Positions 25,635 through 34,755 of a stretch of DNA of 64,000 bases are shown here, piece by piece. The DNA is from an uncultured Muribaculaceae bacterium (GTDB taxonomy: Bacteria > Bacteroidota > Bacteroidia > Bacteroidales > Muribaculaceae). The stretch spans positions 7,450 to 71,449 of the forward strand of contig CAJTMM010000003.1 in the NCBI GenBank assembly GCA_910577465.1, read 5' to 3'. Positions within the stretch are counted from its first letter, which is position 1. Each line of letters starts with the position of its first letter. The notes below the pieces were generated by a model. It did not search any database and was not told the DNA's origin. It was given only the letters and a program-made list of their open reading frames with translations. The position numbers and the translations under genes are program-made.

Positions 25635-28433
25635 ATGGATTCATTCGAACTATCTCCCGACAACTACGATACCTCATTGTTGCGCGGCAATGCGCAGCAA
25701 AGACCGGCATCCGACCCCGACACTGAACTTACCGAACCTCATGAGACACACGAGCGGCAACCTAAACAGAAAGACGCCACTCAGCAATCACAGCAGGAAC
25801 CCAAAGTCGCACACCGCGTAAAAAGCGATTCGCCATCAGAGACCCAAGTCGCATTCCGTAATTTCTTCAGCGATGGACGACTCCGGATGTTCTTCGGCAT
25901 ATTGATGATACTCATCGCCTTATATATGTTGATTGTCACAATATCATCATTATCACACGGCAGCGAGGATCAAAGTCTCATTCAGAACCGTACCATCGAA
26001 CAGATTGCCACAAGCGCGACATCAGCTACAAATACCGGCGGATGGTTCGGAGCGTACCTGTCCCACTCCATCACCCACAAGTGGCTTGGATTGGGAGCAT
26101 TCATAGTGATATTCTATATCGGAGCCATAGGTTCCACACTTGTAAAGTTCCATAGATTTAATTTTTGGCAACTGACATTCAAGTCATTAGTATCGGCTAT
26201 CGCCGTATCTGCGATACTTGGGCTACTCACCTACAATAGCGCATCAACCATCTACTGGGGCGGTGAACACGGCTACTACCTCAACCATCTGCTTATATCT
26301 AATGCAGGTATCTGGGCGGCAATAGGAGTGAGCATATTGCTGCTCTCGGCAGTGATACTTATATTCCTCACCTACATCAGCAAAGTATATAACGCAATAG
26401 CACGTCATGTGAAAGCTTACAAAGCACGACTTGCCGAACGTCATAAAGCAGCGATACTCGCGGCAGAAGCTGAAGAACAAGCACGTCGCGAAGCATCGCA
26501 AAAAGAACAGACTAAACCTGAAGAAAATCCGTCGTCCGACCCTGTCGGCAATGGACCATCATCCGAGCCAAACACTCCTGAACATCTTTTTGTACCCACA
26601 CCCGGACTAACAGATATAGACACCGAATTGTATCAAAACGATGTCACCAATCAAAATGAAGAAAGCTCCACACCCACGGATGCGAGCAAAATTTCTGTCA
26701 CCCCGACCGAACAGGATACCGATAGTGAAGAGATAGACATGGAGTACCATTCCCGATATATGCCTGCCGCTCCCGTCATGCAGGATGTGCCTTCAGCCAT
26801 TGACAACTCCACGACCGATGATGCCAACGACAATTCCGATTGCAACGAAACATTGGAGGATTCTCTCGAAGAACCCCCAATGACTGTCGACGCGAATATT
26901 ATTGAAGAAGCCGATGATATTGCCAATGACTCATACGACCCCACCGCCGAGCTAAGCCGCTACCGCTTCCCATCCATAGAATTGCTGAAAGTGCGAGAGT
27001 CCGCCGGTAACAGCATTGACGAAGAGGAACAAGAGGAAAACAAAAACCGTATAATACGCACCCTTCAAGCCTACGGCATAGAGATTTCAAGCATCAAAGC
27101 CACAGTAGGACCCACAATCACACTTTACGAGATAGTGCCAGCCGAAGGTGTTCGCATAGCCAAAATCAAACGTCTCGGCGATGACATGACCCTAAGCCTT
27201 GCCGCCATAGGCATACGTATCATCGCACCTATGCCCGGAAAAGGCACCATCGGTATGGAAGTGCCAAACAAAAATCCACAGACCGTAAGCATACGTTCCA
27301 TATTATCGTCCAAGACATATCAGGAATCCAAGGCAGCCCTACCTATGGCTATGGGTACCACTATATCCAATGAGGTATATGTCACCGACCTCGCCAAGAT
27401 GCCCCACCTACTTGTAGCCGGAGCTACAGGTATGGGAAAATCTGTCGGGCTCAATACCATCATAGCGTCACTGCTTTACAAAAAGCACCCAGCAGAGCTG
27501 AAATTTGTACTCGTTGACCCCAAAATGGTGGAATTCAGTCTATACAAATGTCTTGAACGCCATTATCTTGCCAAACTCCCTGAAGAGGATAGCGCTATAA
27601 TCACTGATCCCACTAAAGTCGTGGCAACGCTCAATTCTCTCTGCGTAGAGATGGATAGCCGCTATGAATTGCTTTCCAAGGCAGGTATGCGCGGAATCAA
27701 AGAATACAATGAAAAGTTCATATCCCGTCGTCTTAACCCCGAAAAAGGACACCGTTACCTCCCGTACATAGTGGTTATTATCGATGAGTTTGCCGACCTT
27801 ATCATCACTGCCGGTAAAGAGGTGGAGACACCCATCTCTCGTATCGCAGCCAAGGCCCGAGCCGTGGGCATACACATGATTCTTGCCACACAGCGCCCGA
27901 GTGTCAATGTCATAACCGGTGTAATCAAGGCAAACTTCCCGGGACGTATGGCATTCCGTGTGACACAGATGAACGACTCACGTACCATCCTCGACCGCCC
28001 CGGAGCCGACCAACTGATTGGTCGTGGCGACATGCTTATATCCCGTGACGGTATCATAGAGCGTGTACAATGTGCATTTATCGACACCGACGAGGTAGAA
28101 GCTATCTGCGAATCCATATCCGAACAGATGGGTTACCCCTGCGCGTATGAATTACCCGACTATATCGCACCAACCGAGGGAGGTGGGGCAACGGGTATGC
28201 GCGGCGGAATAGCCGACCGCGACCCGCTGTTTGCCGAGGCCGGCCGTGCCATCATAGAATCAGGCACAGGATCCACTTCATACCTGCAACGTAAATACAC
28301 CATAGGCTATCCACGAGCCGGGAAAATCATGGACCAGCTCGAACAGGCAGGCGTGGTAGGTGCAGCCCAGGGAGGAAAACCCCGAGCCGTACTCATGGAT
28401 ATGTACGCATTTGAACGGATGCTTGAAGCTTAA
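25635..28433 (+). CDS. ftsK: DNA translocase FtsK/SpoIIIE
   Basis: 932 aa with N-terminal TM helices, a low-complexity acidic linker, a motor domain (Walker A GATGMGKS, Walker B VVIIDEFADL) and a C-terminal gamma wHTH (LQRKYTIGYPRAGKIMDQLE). Confidence 0.93.
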   Translation: MDSFELSPDNYDTSLLRGNAQQRPASDPDTELTEPHETHERQPKQKDATQQSQQEPKVAHRVKSDSPSETQVAFRNFFSDGRLRMFFGILMILIALYMLIVTISSLSHGSEDQSLIQNRTIEQIATSATSATNTGGWFGAYLSHSITHKWLGLGAFIVIFYIGAIGSTLVKFHRFNFWQLTFKSLVSAIAVSAILGLLTYNSASTIYWGGEHGYYLNHLLISNAGIWAAIGVSILLLSAVILIFLTYISKVYNAIARHVKAYKARLAERHKAAILAAEAEEQARREASQKEQTKPEENPSSDPVGNGPSSEPNTPEHLFVPTPGLTDIDTELYQNDVTNQNEESSTPTDASKISVTPTEQDTDSEEIDMEYHSRYMPAAPVMQDVPSAIDNSTTDDANDNSDCNETLEDSLEEPPMTVDANIIEEADDIANDSYDPTAELSRYRFPSIELLKVRESAGNSIDEEEQEENKNRIIRTLQAYGIEISSIKATVGPTITLYEIVPAEGVRIAKIKRLGDDMTLSLAAIGIRIIAPMPGKGTIGMEVPNKNPQTVSIRSILSSKTYQESKAALPMAMGTTISNEVYVTDLAKMPHLLVAGATGMGKSVGLNTIIASLLYKKHPAELKFVLVDPKMVEFSLYKCLERHYLAKLPEEDSAIITDPTKVVATLNSLCVEMDSRYELLSKAGMRGIKEYNEKFISRRLNPEKGHRYLPYIVVIIDEFADLIITAGKEVETPISRIAAKARAVGIHMILATQRPSVNVITGVIKANFPGRMAFRVTQMNDSRTILDRPGADQLIGRGDMLISRDGIIERVQCAFIDTDEVEAICESISEQMGYPCAYELPDYIAPTEGGGATGMRGGIADRDPLFAEAGRAIIESGTGSTSYLQRKYTIGYPRAGKIMDQLEQAGVVGAAQGGKPRAVLMDMYAFERMLEA

Positions 28434-28474
28434 TCCGTAGCCATAGCACCAACTTTTTTACTTACACAGATGTT

Positions 28475-29104
28475 ATGAATAACGATATGACACGACGAAT
28501 TTACACAATATTATTATCAATAATACTATTGATACCCATGATTGCATGGAGTGCCGACAATGCATCCCAGACGCTTGAAGCGGCGGCAACACGTTTCCGC
28601 AACGCCAAATCCATAAAGGCAAATTACGCCTTGATTGCCGGAAATAACCGAACCAGTGGCAGCGTCACCTTCTCCGGCGACAAATTCGTAATGACTTCAC
28701 CTGAAATCTCCACCTGGTACGACGGCACAACACAATGGACCTACATGCCGGCACAGCAGGAAGTAAGCGTATCGGAACCTACTGCTGAGGAACTTCAGCA
28801 AATCAATCCGTTCATAATCATAAATAAATTTCGCAACTCCTATACCGCCAAAACTCTTAAAGCTCCGGCTCAACAAAAAAAGATTTTATTAACGGCAAAA
28901 CAGAAAAATGCCGATATCCGCACTGCCACAATCACGCTAAATGCGTCGACACTCATGCCTACGGATATTTCAATCACAATGGCCGACGGACGTACCGCTA
29001 CTATCACCGTATCAAATCTCACCATCGGTAAAGCACTCCCGGCAGGTACATTCCGGTTCAACAGCAGACAATATCCCAAGGCACAGATTGTGGACTTGCG
29101 TTAA
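28475..29104 (+). CDS. LolA-like outer membrane lipoprotein carrier / sorting protein
   Basis: 209 aa with a signal peptide. Its size and its position directly after ftsK are typical of Bacteroidetes LolA-family genes. Sequence recognition on its own is weak. Confidence 0.65.
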   Translation: MNNDMTRRIYTILLSIILLIPMIAWSADNASQTLEAAATRFRNAKSIKANYALIAGNNRTSGSVTFSGDKFVMTSPEISTWYDGTTQWTYMPAQQEVSVSEPTAEELQQINPFIIINKFRNSYTAKTLKAPAQQKKILLTAKQKNADIRTATITLNASTLMPTDISITMADGRTATITVSNLTIGKALPAGTFRFNSRQYPKAQIVDLR

Positions 29105-29151
29105 AATACTTCATTAGCATAATCCTCAAAAACAAAATAACCAAAATAGAT

Positions 29152-30096
29152 ATGAGCGAAGAATTAAAAACCAAATGCCTTATTATAGGTTCCGGTCCTG
29201 CCGGATATACCGCCGCATTATATACCTCACGCGCCAACCTCAACCCGGTGCTGTTTGAAGGACACCAACCCGGCGGACAGTTGACCATAACTACAGAAGT
29301 GGAGAATTTTCCCGGTTATCCCGAAGGAACTACCGGAACCGAACTTATGGAAGATATACGTCGGCAAGCCATACGTTTCGGAGCCGACGTTCGACCCGGT
29401 ATGATTACCGAAGTGGATTTCACCACACATCCCCTTCAGGCTGTGACATCCGACGGCTTGAAAATACTTGCCGACACCGTGATTATATCCACAGGCGCGA
29501 CAGCAAAATTTCTCGGTCTTCCCGATGAACAGAAATATATGGGCTTAGGGGTATCGGCATGTGCCACCTGCGACGGATTCTTTTATCGCAAAAAACGAGT
29601 GGCGGTAGTAGGCGGTGGCGACACGGCATGCGAGGAAGCATTGTACTTGAGCAATATTGCAGCCGACGTATTCCTGATAGTCCGTAAAGATCACCTCCGC
29701 GCATCCAAAGTGATGCAACGTCGTGTTCTTGAGAAACCCAATATCAAAGTACTGTTCAACACCAATACCGCAGGACTTTATGGAGAAGAATACCTCGAAG
29801 GAGCACATCTTGTGGAAAACAAAGGCACCGACAATGAGCAGCATTTCGATTTGGCATTAGATGGATTCTTCCTGGCTATAGGACATAAACCGAACACCGA
29901 CGTATTCAGCAAATATATCGAACTCGACGAAACCGGTTACATCAAAACCGATGGTCACTCCACTGCCACCAATATTCCGGGCGTATTTGCAGCCGGTGAC
30001 GTAGCCGACCCACACTACCGTCAGGCAATCACAGCAGCCGGAAGCGGATGCCGCGCAGCCCTTGACGCCGAACGCTACATCACAGAACAAGAATAA
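29152..30096 (+). CDS. trxB: thioredoxin-disulfide reductase
   Basis: 314 aa with the FAD motif GSGPAGYTAA, the redox-active CATCDG and the NADPH motif GGGDTA. Confidence 0.95.
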   Translation: MSEELKTKCLIIGSGPAGYTAALYTSRANLNPVLFEGHQPGGQLTITTEVENFPGYPEGTTGTELMEDIRRQAIRFGADVRPGMITEVDFTTHPLQAVTSDGLKILADTVIISTGATAKFLGLPDEQKYMGLGVSACATCDGFFYRKKRVAVVGGGDTACEEALYLSNIAADVFLIVRKDHLRASKVMQRRVLEKPNIKVLFNTNTAGLYGEEYLEGAHLVENKGTDNEQHFDLALDGFFLAIGHKPNTDVFSKYIELDETGYIKTDGHSTATNIPGVFAAGDVADPHYRQAITAAGSGCRAALDAERYITEQE

Positions 30097-30114
30097 TACT
30101 CATCCCACATACCC

Positions 30115-30166
30115 TACAACAGGGGCGTCACCTTATCAAAAGTGACGCCCCTGTTGTATCTTTTTT
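30115..30166 (+). terminator. rho-independent terminator after trxB
   Basis: A 17-bp perfect stem (TACAACAGGGGCGTCAC / GTGACGCCCCTGTTGTA), followed by TCTTTTTT. Confidence 0.88.
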
Positions 30167-30288
30167 ACCCATGTTACATGTCTACCAACAAAAAACATAT
30201 TCGATATGAAATCACCATTTATAAATTATATATTGCAGTAAATATTGTATTTTTGGGTATATGAGCGTCGAGTTATATATAATTTGAG

Positions 30289-30296
30289 TATCTTTG
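30289..30296 (+). promoter_or_regulatory. -7 box TATCTTTG
   Basis: Matches TAnnTTTG, 21 nt upstream of the ATG at 30318. The ORF-track start at 30294 lies inside this box. Confidence 0.5.
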
Positions 30297-30317
30297 TTAC
30301 TTAATTGCATATACTCC

Positions 30318-33314
30318 ATGAACGAGGACGCTTTAAGCCAATTATATCTCAAGGACACGGCATTTCAGGACTTGATGCAAAGGCGCATTTTCAATGTGCT
30401 GCTTGTAGCATCGCCTTATGATGCATTCATGATGGAAGAGGACGGACGTATCGAAGAACAACTGTACTTCGAATATGTAGCGTTGAACCTCAGCTCCCCT
30501 CCTCGCGTAACACAGGTATCGACCGTTGAGGAAGCCTTGGAAAAGATTCGCGAAAAGCACTTCGGACTCGTAATCATGATGCCCGGAATGGAGATAAGCG
30601 ATACATTCACAGGCGCGCAGAAGATTAAGGAACTGCGCCCTACCCTTCCCATCGTAGTTCTCACTCCATTTTCCAAGGAGGTGTCACGCCGATTGGCAAA
30701 CGAGGACTTCTCGGGCATAGATTATGTGTTCAGTTGGCTCGGTAATGTCGACCTTCTTCTCGCCATCATAAAACTGCTTGAAGATAAGCTCAACGCCGAC
30801 AAGGATATAAACGAAGTAGGTGTACAGATGATTCTTGTGGTTGAGGATTCTGTGAGATTTTATTCATCAGTGTTGCCGCATATCTACAAGAATCTGTTAA
30901 AGCAATCCTTTGAATCATCTACCGAAGCCCTCAACGAGCATGAGCAGATGCTGCGTATGCGCGGACGCCCCAAAGTGATGCTTGCCCGCGACTATGAGGA
31001 AGCCATGGAGATATACGAACGCTACGGACATAACCTGTTAGGTGTAATCAGCGATGTATCGTTCAAGCGCGAGGGTGTCAAAGATCCGCAAGCCGGTTTA
31101 CGTTTTGCCCAGTACTTGCGTACACAGAATCCGTATCTGCCTATAATCATAGAATCGTCGGAAAGTGAGAATCGCGAAGCCGCCACCGACATGCATTGCG
31201 TGTTCCTTGACAAGAACTCCAAGAAACTGCCGGTTGACTTGAGTGCTGCCATCACCGAACAATTCAGCTTCGGCGACTTCGTGATGACCGACCCTGAAAC
31301 CGGCAATGAAATACGGCTCAAATCGCTCAAAGACTTACAATACCACATTTTCGACATCCCGGCATCGGCATTACTGCACCATGCATCGTCCAACGACATA
31401 TCCCGCTGGCTGTATTCGCGTGCACTATTCCCGATAGCTGAAGTCATAAAAGGACACCGTTTCTATTCTCTCGACGAAGTTCCCGCCGTGCGCCAGCTAT
31501 TCTTCGACCTTATTGTCAAATACCGTAAGATGAAGAATCGTGGCGTAGTAGCCGTGTTCCGTAAAGACCGCTTCGACCATTACTCCAACTTTGCACGCAT
31601 AGGGCAAGGCTCGCTCGGAGGCAAAGGACGTGGTCTGGCTTTTGTGGACCAGATAATAAAACGCAATCCGATATGCGATAATTTCTACGGAGTCTCCATT
31701 ACCATTCCTCGCACCGTGGTGCTATGTACCGACATCTTCGACGAGTTCATGGCTACCAACAACCTATATCCCATAGCACTGAGCGATGCCGACGATGCTA
31801 CCATTCTTGAACACTTTCTCAAGGCACGTCTCCCCCAACGTTTGGTTGATGACTTTTTTGCTCTATTTGAGGTGGTGGATAAGCCGCTCGCCATACGAAG
31901 CTCGAGTCTGCTTGAAGATTCCCATTACCAACCGTTTGCCGGAATATACTCCACATATATGATACCACATGTGGAGGACAAGTACCGTATGCTCGAATTA
32001 TTGGGCGACGCCATAAAAGGAGTATATGCATCGGTGTTCTATGCCGATAGCAAGGCATATATGACAGCTACCAGCAACGTCATCGACCAAGAAAAGATGG
32101 CGGTGATAATACAGGAAGTAGTAGGAGAAGAAACAAACGGACTGTATTTCCCGTCATTCTCAGGAGTAGGACGCTCATTAAACTATTATCCCATAGGCCG
32201 CGAGGAAGCCGAGGACGGGGTCGCTGAAGTAGCCGTAGGTTTGGGTAAATATATAGTCGACGGCGGGCTGAGCCTGCGATTTTCGCCACGTCACCCCGAC
32301 TGCGCGCTGCAAACCTCAGAATTATCCCTTGCACTGCGCGATACGCAGACACGAATGTATGCACTCGACATGAGCTCACCGGAAACGTTCAGAGTCGACG
32401 ACGGCTTCAATATCGTGAAACGTTCCATTCAGGACCTCGCCGCTACCGGCAAGCTGAAATACATGGTATCCACATTCGACTTCCGTGACAACATTATCCG
32501 CGACAATGATTTCGGTGACGGACGGCGAGTTGTGACATTCAACAACATATTGAAACATAATGCCTATCCGCTTGCTCCTGCTATAGATTTCATGCTATCG
32601 ACCGGGCAACGCGAGATGAGCCGCCCGGTGGAGATTGAGTTTGCCGGAATGATTGAGCATGGCGCTGAGAACAAGGGCAAGATATATTGGTTGCAGATAC
32701 GCCCTATAGTTGACCGCAAAGACTTGGTGGACGAACATCTGCTCGCGCTTCCCGACAGCGAACTCATACTCCGCTCCAATACGGCATTGGGACATGGTAC
32801 CATCGACAACGTTCAGACGATAGTGTACGTGAGACCCGAAAATTTCTCGTCATCCAACAATCCATTTACGGCACGTGAAATAGAAAAAATAAACCGTAAC
32901 CTCACCTCGGAGGACACTTACTATATACTGATAGGCCCTGGACGCTGGGGTTCAAGCGACCCATCGCTCGGCATACCGGTAAAATGGCCGCAGATAGCTA
33001 ACGCCCGTCTAATTGTGGAGTCTGCTATAGGCAACTACCGCATCGAACCGAGTCAAGGTACACATTTCTTCCAGAACCTTACATCCTTCGGTGTTGGATA
33101 TTTCACAATCGACTCAGGTGCCAAACAGGGTTTCTACGATGTGGATTATCTCAATTCGCTGGATGCCATATATGAATCTGATACCGTAAGAATAGTGCGG
33201 CTTCCCGCGCCATTGGCCATAGGTATTGATGGCAAAAAGGGCCAGGGTGTGGTAGCGAAACCTGGGTATTCTACTGAACAGTCAATAGTACAAACCGACA
33301 TAATTGAAAAATAA
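30318..33314 (+). CDS. receiver-domain-containing PEP/pyruvate-binding (PPDK_N ATP-grasp) protein
   Basis: 998 aa. It has two N-terminal CheY-like modules (VLLVASPYDAFMMEEDG..., then MILVVEDS...GVISDVSF). PPDK_N hallmarks follow (GGKGRGLAF, LAIRSSSLLEDS, MAVIIQEVVG, VEIEFAG...IYWLQIRPI). I see no GGxTSHAA-type swivel motif. Confidence 0.8.
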   Translation: MNEDALSQLYLKDTAFQDLMQRRIFNVLLVASPYDAFMMEEDGRIEEQLYFEYVALNLSSPPRVTQVSTVEEALEKIREKHFGLVIMMPGMEISDTFTGAQKIKELRPTLPIVVLTPFSKEVSRRLANEDFSGIDYVFSWLGNVDLLLAIIKLLEDKLNADKDINEVGVQMILVVEDSVRFYSSVLPHIYKNLLKQSFESSTEALNEHEQMLRMRGRPKVMLARDYEEAMEIYERYGHNLLGVISDVSFKREGVKDPQAGLRFAQYLRTQNPYLPIIIESSESENREAATDMHCVFLDKNSKKLPVDLSAAITEQFSFGDFVMTDPETGNEIRLKSLKDLQYHIFDIPASALLHHASSNDISRWLYSRALFPIAEVIKGHRFYSLDEVPAVRQLFFDLIVKYRKMKNRGVVAVFRKDRFDHYSNFARIGQGSLGGKGRGLAFVDQIIKRNPICDNFYGVSITIPRTVVLCTDIFDEFMATNNLYPIALSDADDATILEHFLKARLPQRLVDDFFALFEVVDKPLAIRSSSLLEDSHYQPFAGIYSTYMIPHVEDKYRMLELLGDAIKGVYASVFYADSKAYMTATSNVIDQEKMAVIIQEVVGEETNGLYFPSFSGVGRSLNYYPIGREEAEDGVAEVAVGLGKYIVDGGLSLRFSPRHPDCALQTSELSLALRDTQTRMYALDMSSPETFRVDDGFNIVKRSIQDLAATGKLKYMVSTFDFRDNIIRDNDFGDGRRVVTFNNILKHNAYPLAPAIDFMLSTGQREMSRPVEIEFAGMIEHGAENKGKIYWLQIRPIVDRKDLVDEHLLALPDSELILRSNTALGHGTIDNVQTIVYVRPENFSSSNNPFTAREIEKINRNLTSEDTYYILIGPGRWGSSDPSLGIPVKWPQIANARLIVESAIGNYRIEPSQGTHFFQNLTSFGVGYFTIDSGAKQGFYDVDYLNSLDAIYESDTVRIVRLPAPLAIGIDGKKGQGVVAKPGYSTEQSIVQTDIIEK

Positions 33315-33320
33315 ACCGAC

Positions 33321-34715
33321 ATGTCATTACTGTCATCATTCAAAAAAGCATTAGGATTTCCCGACGAGTACGATGAAGAACTCGACGCCATGGAATCTGA
33401 CACAGATATAACTGATACGGCTTCTATAAATTCGGAGCAGACTCCTAAGCAAGAAATCAGCATCGATACTACGACAGCAGTTCCGGAACACACCGACACC
33501 GAAGCTATCGCAGCCCTTCCGGGCAAAATATTCGATGCCGTGATAGAGCTGTTTAATGCAACTCAGCCAGAATTTGTAAAACAATGCCTTGACACCGATG
33601 CGCAACGCAAATACATAATCGAAAATATAGACAAATCAGTACGCCAACGGTTTGACGAAGAAACCGCAGCGGCTCGGCGACGCGGAGAGCAATTATGGGA
33701 AGCCGAGAAGAAACGTATGTCATCGGATCTCGACAAACTGAAAAGCCAATACCACTCATTGCAGCAGCAACGCGAGGAATTCCAAAGCGCACAGCTTAGT
33801 GCGGCACGTCAGAAACGCGCCATGAACGAGCGCATCCACGATTTGGAAAACCAAGTGAACACGCTACAGGCTGAACGCGAACAATACCAACTTGAGAATC
33901 GCAGTATGCTCAACAAACTGCGTGTGGCGGGAGTACGCAACAGCGGTAACGGCGACACAGAAGCTGAATTGCAACGCCTTGCCGAGGAAAACGTATCGCT
34001 ACAGGACAGAATCACCACACTCAACACCCGGATAGAACAGGATAAAGCAACAATAGATGAATTGCAGAAATCTTTGGCTGAACGTCCGGAAGCCGACCCT
34101 GCATTAAGCGAAGAACATCAGGCTGCAATAGCTGAAATAGAAGAACAGATAAAGCAGTTTGAGAACATAAAGAAAAAGAAAGACGCCAAGATAGCCGAGC
34201 TTCAATCTGCGGCAAAACGTACGGCAACCCACATCAATAAAATTGAGGAAGAACTTGCAGCACGAGACAGCGCTATAGAAAAATTGACTGATGAAGCCGC
34301 ATCGTTGCGCAAGACCATCGAGACAAATCTCTATGCGCAAGCTACTTCCGAATCCGAGCTCAAGCAGGAAATCGAACGTCTCAAAGAGCTTATCAACGCT
34401 GCCGAGGAGAAGAAAACGGAGAAATCACGCCGTGCAACAAACAAACATAAAGCATCCATCGTTGAAGATAACGGTGAGACCACATACGAAGCCAAGAAAC
34501 AACCGGAAGCGGTTGACACGAAGGAAAACGTAAGTGAGCCCACCACCGTAAGGATATCGGCAATCGATGAACTGATGGATAGCACAGATTGGTTTGTGGC
34601 GCCCGACCCGGTGCCTCTGAAAAAAGACCCTTCAGTAGAAGAGGACTTCGGATATAAGGAACCGGTAGTACGCAAGACCAATCGCGACGACGACAAGCAA
34701 TTGTCACTTTGGTAA
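33321..34715 (+). CDS. coiled-coil protein of unknown function
   Basis: 464 aa, starting 7 nt after the preceding stop. It has an N-terminal amphipathic segment (MSLLSSFKKALGF) and an acidic linker. About 300 aa of heptad-rich E/K/Q/L sequence follow, then a C-terminal tail ending ...DDDKQLSLW. Confidence 0.75.
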   Translation: MSLLSSFKKALGFPDEYDEELDAMESDTDITDTASINSEQTPKQEISIDTTTAVPEHTDTEAIAALPGKIFDAVIELFNATQPEFVKQCLDTDAQRKYIIENIDKSVRQRFDEETAAARRRGEQLWEAEKKRMSSDLDKLKSQYHSLQQQREEFQSAQLSAARQKRAMNERIHDLENQVNTLQAEREQYQLENRSMLNKLRVAGVRNSGNGDTEAELQRLAEENVSLQDRITTLNTRIEQDKATIDELQKSLAERPEADPALSEEHQAAIAEIEEQIKQFENIKKKKDAKIAELQSAAKRTATHINKIEEELAARDSAIEKLTDEAASLRKTIETNLYAQATSESELKQEIERLKELINAAEEKKTEKSRRATNKHKASIVEDNGETTYEAKKQPEAVDTKENVSEPTTVRISAIDELMDSTDWFVAPDPVPLKKDPSVEEDFGYKEPVVRKTNRDDDKQLSLW

Positions 34716-34755
34716 CACATTGACCTGAATAACTTACCTCTACAAAATTCGAATC

